From: Bacteriovoracaceae bacterium
Lineage (GTDB): Bacteria > Bdellovibrionota > Bacteriovoracia > Bacteriovoracales > Bacteriovoracaceae
Length of the DNA: 24,723 nucleotides
Reading direction: 5' to 3'
Assembly (NCBI GenBank): GCA_041586955.1
Contig: JBFGZE010000045.1
Location: 1 to 24,723 of the forward strand
The notes below the pieces were generated by a model that was given only the letters and a program-made list of their open reading frames with translations, did no database searches and was not told the origin of the DNA. Positions 1 through 7,079 of the stretch are shown piece after piece; position 1 is the first letter of the stretch, and every line of letters begins with the position of its first letter. A program made the position numbers and the translations under genes.

Positions 1-86
1 CCGCCCCAGCCGCCTGAACCATTGCCGCCCCAGCCGCCTGAACCATTGCCGCCCCAGCCGCCTGAACCATTGCCGCCCCAGCCGCC
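1..86. repeat. Perfect 24-bp coding tandem repeat, about 3.6 copies (encodes GGNGSGGW on the minus strand)
   Basis: CCGCCCCAGCCGCCTGAACCATTG at 1-24, 25-48 and 49-72, with a partial copy at 73-86. It may continue beyond the window edge. Confidence 0.95.
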
Positions 87-1166
87 ATGTCCGTAAACAC
101 CACCGCCAGCACCAGGACCCCAACCGCCCGGGCCATTTCCGCCCCAGCCGCCATGTCCGTAAACACCACCGCCAGCACCAGGACCCCAACCGCCTGAACC
201 ATAACCACCCAGGCCACCATGTCCGTAACCGCCTAAACCATCACCCCAGCCACCTGAGCCATTACCCCAGCCGCCATGTCCGTAAACACCGCCACCAGCA
301 CCAGGGCCGTAGCCCCAGCCTCCAGGACCACCTGCTCCGACACCAAAGCCAAGATCAAATTGAAATCCTGCTCCGGCCCCTCCGCCGGGTCCGTAACCAT
401 AACCGTTACCCCAAGCGCCTAGGCCCATTGATCCGGGCATCATTCCTGGACCATGAATTCCACCAGGTCCACCAAAGTGAAATTGACCACCAATACCGAA
501 TCCACCGGGATAGATCTGGCCATTTCCACCGCCATAATTTCCACCCATCATGCCGCCTAAAAAGCCGCCAGTATATCCACCCGATAACCAAGGATTGCCA
601 ACACCACCAAAAATGCCCTGGTGCATTCCCCCAAACCCGGAATACATACCAATAGGCTGGTTATTACATTGCATTAAGCCTTCTGCCTGTTCAGGCAAAA
701 TGGGGTTTGCTCCCCTTTCAATATTATAGTCGAGATAAGAATCAAAGCGTGTAGTACAGGCATCAAAACCATGTGCGTAGGCATTGGCCCAATCTGTTTG
801 CGCATTGGCATGAGCGACATTAGAGTCACGGTAGGCATTGGCCCACGATTTTTGACTTTTATAACCCATATAAGCTGAACCAAAAAAGGCCAAAGGTCCT
901 GCTATCACGCCAAGAGCATCAACATAGGGGTTGGACTTTTCCTGCTCACTAAAGAGGCATTCGATGCAATCAACATTTGAATCGCCAGCAATCTCCATTC
1001 GCAAACAAGCGCGGTATTCTTGCTGATAACGGTTTTGAGGAATTCCATCACAATCTTCAAAGCTATTGGCAAAGGCCATTTGATTCAGGCACAGACATAA
1101 AAGAATTAAGAAAAAATTCTTTCCACTGGCAAGTTGACTATTATTCATAAAGGCTTTTTTCATCAT
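1..1166 (-). CDS. Secreted glycine/aromatic-rich low-complexity repeat protein (3'-truncated by window edge, at least 388 aa; absent from the ORF track)
   Basis: Manual translation gives an open frame from ATG 1166 to the edge with no stop, and a GGAG SD at 1174-1177. It begins MMKKAFMNNSQLASGKNFFLILLCLCLNQMAFA|NSFEDC (signal peptide, AFA cleavage). A Cys-containing domain (DCIEC) and a hydrophobic segment VDALGVIAGPLAFFGSAYMGY follow, then over 200 aa of Gly-rich sequence ending in GVYGHGGWG and (GGNGSGGW)n repeats. Confidence 0.9.
   Translation of the reverse strand, partial: MMKKAFMNNSQLASGKNFFLILLCLCLNQMAFANSFEDCDGIPQNRYQQEYRACLRMEIAGDSNVDCIECLFSEQEKSNPYVDALGVIAGPLAFFGSAYMGYKSQKSWANAYRDSNVAHANAQTDWANAYAHGFDACTTRFDSYLDYNIERGANPILPEQAEGLMQCNNQPIGMYSGFGGMHQGIFGGVGNPWLSGGYTGGFLGGMMGGNYGGGNGQIYPGGFGIGGQFHFGGPGGIHGPGMMPGSMGLGAWGNGYGYGPGGGAGAGFQFDLGFGVGAGGPGGWGYGPGAGGGVYGHGGWGNGSGGWGDGLGGYGHGGLGGYGSGGWGPGAGGGVYGHGGWGGNGPGGWGPGAGGGVYGHGGWGGNGSGGWGGNGSGGWGGNGSGGWG
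73..303. repeat. Longer coding repeat (GGWGPGAGGGVYGHGGWG units)
   Basis: Identical 56-bp blocks at 73-128 and 139-194 (66-bp period), plus a degenerate third copy at about 265-303. Confidence 0.9.
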
Positions 1167-1200
1167 AATTTGACTCCAAACACACTACTTCTTATTAAGG

Positions 1201-1228
1201 GTATCGGAATATTGGGGCCAATCCTTGA
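1201..1228 (-). promoter_or_regulatory. Putative sigma28 (FliA)-type promoter for the Gly-rich gene
   Basis: The minus strand reads TCAA(G)-N16-TCCGATAC, against the consensus TAAA-N15/16-GCCGATAA. It lies about 35 nt upstream of ATG 1166. Confidence 0.55.
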
Positions 1229-1322
1229 AGCTGGATAATTTTGCCCTTTTATTGGTATCTAACTTGTTGAAAGCTCGAAATGGCCCTTGCCAAATGTCAG
1301 TATCAAACCCAAAGTGTCGGCC

Positions 1323-1901
1323 ATGATAAAAGAACATTTATGGGATTGGGTTATTTTTCTTTTCTGTTTTGGTGCTGTGATCTACACCATGATCGTAGTG
1401 CGTGAAGAAAAAAGTAGCTACCTTGATAGCGCTAAGAAATTTCGCTTCCACAAATTTGAATTTCTAATCCCCAGCTGGTGGTCAATTAACCAAGAAATAA
1501 GTACTGAGCAAAATGTCATCTTCCATCGCGCCGATACTCATTACGAATGGTTCGCCCAATTTAAATGGATTGAGCATTACGACAAGAATGAAGAGATTGC
1601 AGATCAATTCACGAAAATAATCTCAGAACTTCACATTGAACTAGACCCCGATACCAGCTATTCCCAAAACCCAGGGGTACTTTCCTCGCATCCTCTCATT
1701 CAAAATAAGGAAATCGAAGTGATGCGGATTGAAGGGACAGGAACCTTGGAGCAAATTGAACGAATTTATTTTGATGGTTTTTTGATGCGAAATCTTAAGG
1801 ACAAAGATTGTTTATTTCTTCAAAGTCGCAGTTCTGTTCTCAATGGGATGCTTGAGGGCCCCTATTTTGAAGAGGCCCTTAAACGAATTCAAAAGATTTA
1901 G
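1323..1901 (+). CDS. Membrane-anchored hypothetical protein, possibly PsbP/DcrB-like fold
   Basis: ATG 1323 is preferred over the in-frame TTG 1287. One N-terminal TM (WVIFLFCFGAVIYTMIVV) is followed by an FEFLIPSWW motif resembling the F-x-F-x-x-P-x-x-W start of PsbP-like domains. The fold call is inference. Confidence 0.7.
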   Translation: MIKEHLWDWVIFLFCFGAVIYTMIVVREEKSSYLDSAKKFRFHKFEFLIPSWWSINQEISTEQNVIFHRADTHYEWFAQFKWIEHYDKNEEIADQFTKIISELHIELDPDTSYSQNPGVLSSHPLIQNKEIEVMRIEGTGTLEQIERIYFDGFLMRNLKDKDCLFLQSRSSVLNGMLEGPYFEEALKRIQKI

Positions 1902-2344
1902 TTTTTCTTAGAGGAAAAATTGCGAATTTTCTTAATAAGAAAAGCTGCAATATCATCATCTGTTCCATACACATCATCAATCATTTCACATTCCATTAAA
2001 AAATTAGTCATGCGATGACTGATTTGATGAAGTGATTCGACCAAGTAAAGGCCGCCAATATTTTCACCACTAAAAGACTTAATAATTTCTTTACGAGCAT
2101 GGTTAAACATCTCTGATTCAGTGACGTCTTCAGGAAGATTATCAAGACCCATTTTGTCCTCAATCTCTTCAATTGCCTGCTCGCGAATATCCTCGTCTGT
2201 AGCGAAACATACACCAAATTCCGTGGCCATAGCTTCAACTAAGGCCTCCCTATGGGTAATATCAAACTCAATTACTTTATGTTCTTTCAAAAGGTTAATT
2301 GAGTAAATCGCTAATGCTTTGAGGGTTTCAAAGTCAGTTTTCAT
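1898..2344 (-). CDS. DUF507-like acidic protein of unknown function
   Basis: 148-aa ORF with a GAGGGA SD. The pattern 'EDIREQAIEEIE...EMFNHARKEII...LHQISHRMTNFL...MIDD' resembles DUF507 proteins. The family call is from memory. Confidence 0.65.
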   Translation of the reverse strand: MKTDFETLKALAIYSINLLKEHKVIEFDITHREALVEAMATEFGVCFATDEDIREQAIEEIEDKMGLDNLPEDVTESEMFNHARKEIIKSFSGENIGGLYLVESLHQISHRMTNFLMECEMIDDVYGTDDDIAAFLIKKIRNFSSKKN

Positions 2345-2427
2345 ATAGTTCCCTCTTTTTTTAAATTGTATAAATCAACAACAGTCTACCCATTTGATCC
2401 AAATCACACAAGAATCTTCTTAGGTTC

Positions 2428-4002
2428 TTACTCAGTTTTTTTAAAAATTTTTAATAGCCTACTGGCAGACTCCTCTCCCAATAAAATTAATGAGAGGACA
2501 TAGGCGACCAAAGCGCTCAAGGAAATCGCAACAAACCGAGTGGTAATCGTTAAAAACTGGGGAGTAGCAACTGTCCAGCTTTCTTTTAATACAATTGTAG
2601 CGCCAAGCATCACAACACTGGCCAAGATGATTTTTATTAAGCGCCCATCAATAAAAAAACTTCTTTCTAATTGCAGATGCCGGCGCAAGAGAAGCGATTG
2701 TAAAAAGCAATTGAGAAGCATAGATAAGCTTGTCCCCCATGCCAAGGTTTGAAAGCCCCAATAGGGAGTTAGGGCCACACAGAAAACAATATTGACCGTA
2801 ATAGCAATAATAGAAATAAAAACTGGAACCTTAGGCCGGTCAATGGCAAAAAAGGTCGGCGCAAAAATTTTATAAAGGCCATAAAAAGGTAGACCGACAG
2901 CATAGGCCTGTAACGCCATCGTGGTTTTATAGGTATCAGAGGCGTCGAAAGCACCTCGTTGAAAAATAAGATAGACCGCCCAATCCGCCAGACACCAAAG
3001 AAGAATAGTCGCCGGCAAAAGCGCCAACCATGAGAAACTATAACTGGATTTAAGAGTCTCTCTCGCTTCCTGCTTATGGCCTTGTTTCCATGAATCACTA
3101 AAATGAACCAGGTTCGAGCCCGCCAAAGAAACACTTAAAATTCCCACGGGAAATTGAAAAAGGCGGAAGCCAAAAGTTAGCCAAGAAACTGCACCTATCT
3201 CAGTTCCCGAAGCGAGAATAGTCGTTATGATAATATTAATTTGAGTCGCGGCAATGCCAACGGTGCCAATACCGACTCTCTTCACAATTTTGGATAGGTC
3301 ACTATTCCACCAATCAAAGCTCCCCCACTTCATGAAACCTTTTTGCATTAGAAGTGGTAGCTGAATCGCCAATTGAGAAATACCACCCAGAATAACCCCA
3401 CAGGCGAGAGCGTAAATTCCTGGCAGGCCACGCGCCTGAAGTATGGGCGTTACCACTAAGATACAACCAATAAAGAGCAGATTAAAAGATGCCGGAGCGA
3501 AAGAGGGAATGAAAAAGATTTTAAGAGTATTAAGAACTCCCATCACCAAAGCTGCCATTGAGACGAGAACTAAAAAAGGTGCCATGATACGCACTAAATT
3601 GGTGGTGATGAGCAAACGCTGAGAATCGCTAGAAAACACATCCTTGGTCATAATGAGAACAATGGATTCGGCCTGCCAAATGATCAGGATAGATATGGCA
3701 CAAGTGATTAAACCCAATAAAATCGCAGCAGAGCGCATTAGGCGGCGCGCCTCTTCCTCACTCTTAAGAAAGACACCGGTAAACACTGGAACAAATGACG
3801 ACGAAAAGGCACCTTCCGCAAAAAGATCTCGCAGCATATTGGGGATGCGATAAGCGATGGTAAAAGCATCCGTCAAACCGCTGGCACCAAAGTAAGCGGC
3901 TATCAATTGCTCTCTCACCAAACCCAAAATTCGGCTTGCCATAGTTGCTGATGCCATCTTGCTGGCGGATCTAAAAATCTTCGACGTTGCTGACTGTCCC
4001 AT
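2428..4002 (-). CDS. murJ: Lipid II flippase MurJ (MviN)
   Basis: Motifs SRILGLVRE, TDAF, AYRIPNMLRDLFAEGAFS, RLFQFPVG and FQRGAF; about 14 TM segments; 524 aa. Confidence 0.96.
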   Translation of the reverse strand: MGQSATSKIFRSASKMASATMASRILGLVREQLIAAYFGASGLTDAFTIAYRIPNMLRDLFAEGAFSSSFVPVFTGVFLKSEEEARRLMRSAAILLGLITCAISILIIWQAESIVLIMTKDVFSSDSQRLLITTNLVRIMAPFLVLVSMAALVMGVLNTLKIFFIPSFAPASFNLLFIGCILVVTPILQARGLPGIYALACGVILGGISQLAIQLPLLMQKGFMKWGSFDWWNSDLSKIVKRVGIGTVGIAATQINIIITTILASGTEIGAVSWLTFGFRLFQFPVGILSVSLAGSNLVHFSDSWKQGHKQEARETLKSSYSFSWLALLPATILLWCLADWAVYLIFQRGAFDASDTYKTTMALQAYAVGLPFYGLYKIFAPTFFAIDRPKVPVFISIIAITVNIVFCVALTPYWGFQTLAWGTSLSMLLNCFLQSLLLRRHLQLERSFFIDGRLIKIILASVVMLGATIVLKESWTVATPQFLTITTRFVAISLSALVAYVLSLILLGEESASRLLKIFKKTE

Positions 4003-4167
4003 ATACTAACCCGAGGCGTTAATCAAAATTGCACCATGCTTAAATAATCATTTTACGCCTCTATCCTTCTATGATAATTCTATTGGCCTAAGAAAGGCAT
4101 TAAATAAATGTATATAAGGTTGTCTAATTACGGACTAAATATTTTTTATTAAAGGAGTTGCTAGATT

Positions 4168-6177
4168 ATGGAATCTACAATGCACTTCCTAAGCTATAGC
4201 CCTGCAGTGGGCCTAGCTGGGTTTGTTTTCGCTATTTTAACTTATGCCTGGGTTGTTAAACAACCTGCCGGTAACGCCAAAATGACAGAGATCGCTGGTT
4301 TGATTGAATCAGGATCAATGACATTTCTGAAAAAAGAATACACGATCTTGATCGGATTCTTGGCCCTCGTTACTCTCATCCTAGGGATGAATGAGAAACT
4401 TGGCTGGAATACGGCAATTTGCTACCTCGCTGGTGCTTTTTCTTCTATGGCCTGTGGATTCATCGGTATGAAAGCGGCCACTAAGGCCAACGTTCGTACA
4501 GCTGAAGCTGCTGCTCAAAGTGGTCAAGGTAAAGCTCTTTCAGTTGCCTTTTACGGCGGATCTGTCATGGGTATGTGCGTGGCCTCTGTGGGTCTTATGG
4601 GTGTTGCTCTTCTTTATAAGTGGCTCTCTGGTTCAACAACAATTGAAGCTCTAAACGGCTTTGCCATGGGTGCTTCTTCAATCGCTCTCTTTGCCCGTGT
4701 TGGTGGTGGTATTTATACAAAAGCTGCTGACGTTGGTGCTGACCTTGTTGGTAAAGTAGAAGCTGGTATCCCTGAAGATGATCCTCGTAACCCAGCGACT
4801 ATTGCTGATAACGTCGGTGATAATGTTGGTGATACTGCCGGTATGGGTGCAGATATTTTCGAATCCTATGTTGGTTCTGTTATCGCAACAATGTTCATTG
4901 GTTCAACTTACGCTGCTGAATCTGGCGCCGTTATTCTTCCAATGCTTATTATTACTATTGGCCTTATCTCTTCTGTTTTTGGAATCCTTTCCATGAACCT
5001 TTTAAAAAGTGTCAATCCCGCAACAGCTCTTCGTTGGTCTCCAATCATCGGACTACTTTTCCTTTTTGGTGGATCATTCTACGCTGTTAAATCTTTTGAC
5101 TTCACAATCTTTCCTTATGCGATGGGTCCTTTTTACGCCATGGTGATGGGATCACTTGTTGGTCTTTTCATTGGGCTTGTAACTGAATACTTCACTGCAG
5201 GTGAATTTTCGCCAGTTAAGAAAGTTGCCGAAGCTGGAAAAACAGGTCCTGCGACAAATATCATCGCTGGTCTTGCTGTTGGTATGTACTCTTGTATTCC
5301 ACCAATTCTTCTTATCTCTGTTGGTATCTACTTCGCAGATATGTTTGCAGGTCTTTATGGAATTGGTATTGCCGCTGTTGGTATGCTTGCCACAACAGGT
5401 GTAACAATGACTGTTGATGCTTACGGACCTATTTCTGATAATGCCGGTGGTATTGCTGAAATGAGTGAACTAGGACCTGATGTTCGCGCCATTACTGATG
5501 GACTCGATTCTATCGGAAATACAACAGCTGCTATTGGTAAAGGCTTTGCCATTGGCTCTGCTGCTCTTACCGCTCTTGCGATGTTTTCTGCTTACAGCTC
5601 TGCTGTTGGTCTTGAGTCTATCAATATTATGAGCCCAAAAGTTGTAATCGGTCTTTTCATTGGTGGTGTCCTTCCTTTCTATGTTGGTGCAACTACAATG
5701 AGTGCCGTTGGTACAGCTGCTCAAAAAATGGTTGAAGAAGTACGCCGTCAATTCCGTGAAATTCCTGGAATTATGGAAGGCACTGGTAAGCCAGATACTG
5801 AACGTTGTGTTGAAATTGCAACCAATGCTTCTCTTAAAGAAATGGTTATGCCTGGTGTAGTGGCCATCGTTTCTCCAATTCTTGTTGGCTTCATTCTTGG
5901 TAAAGAAGCTCTTGGTGGTACTCTTGCCGGTGCAACTGTAACAGGTGTTCTTCTTGCCCTATTCATGGCCAACGCTGGTGGTGCATGGGATAACGCTAAG
6001 AAAGCAATCGAACAAGGTCATGTTGAAGGTGAAAAGAAAGGGACAGAAGCTCATAAAGCGGCCGTAACTGGTGACACTGTTGGTGACCCGTTCAAAGATA
6101 CTTCTGGTCCTGCCATGAATATCCTTGTTAAGCTTATGAGTATTGTTGCTCTTGTTGTAGCTCCTCTTTTAAGCTAA
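4168..6177 (+). CDS. hppA: Membrane-integral pyrophosphatase, K+-dependent, probably Na+-translocating
   Basis: Motifs [71 protein letters not shown] and [23 protein letters not shown]. Confidence 0.97.
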   Translation: MESTMHFLSYSPAVGLAGFVFAILTYAWVVKQPAGNAKMTEIAGLIESGSMTFLKKEYTILIGFLALVTLILGMNEKLGWNTAICYLAGAFSSMACGFIGMKAATKANVRTAEAAAQSGQGKALSVAFYGGSVMGMCVASVGLMGVALLYKWLSGSTTIEALNGFAMGASSIALFARVGGGIYTKAADVGADLVGKVEAGIPEDDPRNPATIADNVGDNVGDTAGMGADIFESYVGSVIATMFIGSTYAAESGAVILPMLIITIGLISSVFGILSMNLLKSVNPATALRWSPIIGLLFLFGGSFYAVKSFDFTIFPYAMGPFYAMVMGSLVGLFIGLVTEYFTAGEFSPVKKVAEAGKTGPATNIIAGLAVGMYSCIPPILLISVGIYFADMFAGLYGIGIAAVGMLATTGVTMTVDAYGPISDNAGGIAEMSELGPDVRAITDGLDSIGNTTAAIGKGFAIGSAALTALAMFSAYSSAVGLESINIMSPKVVIGLFIGGVLPFYVGATTMSAVGTAAQKMVEEVRRQFREIPGIMEGTGKPDTERCVEIATNASLKEMVMPGVVAIVSPILVGFILGKEALGGTLAGATVTGVLLALFMANAGGAWDNAKKAIEQGHVEGEKKGTEAHKAAVTGDTVGDPFKDTSGPAMNILVKLMSIVALVVAPLLS

Positions 6178-6206
6178 TCAAGTTTTAAAATTTATTTAAA
6201 ATCAGG

Positions 6207-6234
6207 AAGGCCCGTTTTTATAGCGGGCCTTTTT
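6207..6234 (+). terminator. Intrinsic terminator after hppA
   Basis: AAGGCCCGT-loop-GCGGGCCTT followed by a T-run, 30 nt after the stop codon. Confidence 0.85.
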
Positions 6235-6372
6235 ACATCTAGACTAGATAATATAACACCTGGAACTGAGAACAGTATTTTGGTGGCGTTATAAGAACTG
6301 ATATGAATCAGGGATTATCGCTTTTCAGTCCCCTATAATCACATAGGTGACAACCCAAACTAAAGGGAATTT

Positions 6373-7047
6373 ATGAAATTATTAACCCTCACCTTTCTTT
6401 TTGCCTTACCAACTTTATCCTATGGATTCCCTCCCGGTTATGCTGACAAGGCCACTAAAGTGAAAAGTGACCCCAATTCTTTTTATAAGGGCATTGTCAA
6501 AGAAACCAAAACCATCGGCAATTATACCTACGCCAAAATTAAGGGCAAAGATGGGGATAAATGGGTGGCCACTTCAACTACCAAGATCAATGTCGGGGAT
6601 CAGGTTGAGTTTTTAAAAGGACAGACGATGAAGGACTTTCATAGTAAAGGCCTTAAAAAGACTTTTAAAGAGATTTATTTTAGCTCTTCTATCAAGGTCC
6701 TTAAGTCATCAAAGCCGATGAAGAGTGCTGTTAAAAAAGGTTCTATCAAAAAGCTAAATTACTCTATCGCCAATATTTTTGAACAGGCGAAGACCTTAAA
6801 AAATAAAAAAGTTAAGCTTCGCGCGGTTGTCGTTAAATTCTCCCCCTCCATTATGGGGAAAAACTGGGTTCATATCCAGGATGGAACGAATCATAAATCT
6901 CAGTTTGACTTGGTTGTTACCACTCAAGATAAAGTGAAAAAAGGCGATACCATAATCGTTGATGCAAAGGTGGCCATCGATAAAGACTTTGGTTATGGGT
7001 ATAAATACCCCGTTCTCCTAGAGAACGCCAAATTAAGAGTTGAGTAG
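6373..7047 (+). CDS. Exported two-OB-fold protein, NrfJ-like
   Basis: Signal peptide, then YTY..I.....WVA...INVGD.V..G..MKDFHSK.LKKTF..IYF and IMGKNWVHIQDGT...DKDFGYGYKY motifs. Very basic. Confidence 0.75.
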   Translation: MKLLTLTFLFALPTLSYGFPPGYADKATKVKSDPNSFYKGIVKETKTIGNYTYAKIKGKDGDKWVATSTTKINVGDQVEFLKGQTMKDFHSKGLKKTFKEIYFSSSIKVLKSSKPMKSAVKKGSIKKLNYSIANIFEQAKTLKNKKVKLRAVVVKFSPSIMGKNWVHIQDGTNHKSQFDLVVTTQDKVKKGDTIIVDAKVAIDKDFGYGYKYPVLLENAKLRVE

Positions 7048-7050
7048 AAC

Positions 7051-7077
7051 ATGCCCGCAATATTAGCGGGCATTTTT
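7051..7077 (+). terminator. Intrinsic terminator between the convergent NrfJ-like gene and ybbP
   Basis: ATGCCCGC-AATATTA-GCGGGCAT followed by TTTT. Confidence 0.8.
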
Positions 7078-7079
7078 AT

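Noticed and set aside
1..86. 24-bp repeats as a CRISPR array
   Set aside because: The units are contiguous with no unique spacers, lie in frame inside a CDS, and no cas genes are present.
1..420. GW/WG repeats as Argonaute-binding hooks
   Set aside because: The protein has a signal peptide, so it is probably exported. GW hooks are a eukaryotic Argonaute feature and no pAgo is in the window.
406..883. ORF-track calls 406..591(-), 428..655(+) and 674..883(-)
   Set aside because: They are alternate-frame or antisense shadows of the long open frame from 1166, which has an SD, a signal peptide and coherent composition.
1253..1267. Sigma54-like TGGTAT-N5-TTGT
   Set aside because: It lacks the nearly invariant -12 GC, so support is insufficient.
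4003..4167. Na+ or other riboswitch upstream of hppA; GAGGCGT/ACGCCTC inverted repeat
   Set aside because: I recognise no riboswitch consensus or expression platform. A 7-bp repeat with a 35-nt gap is weak evidence. An Rfam scan would settle it.
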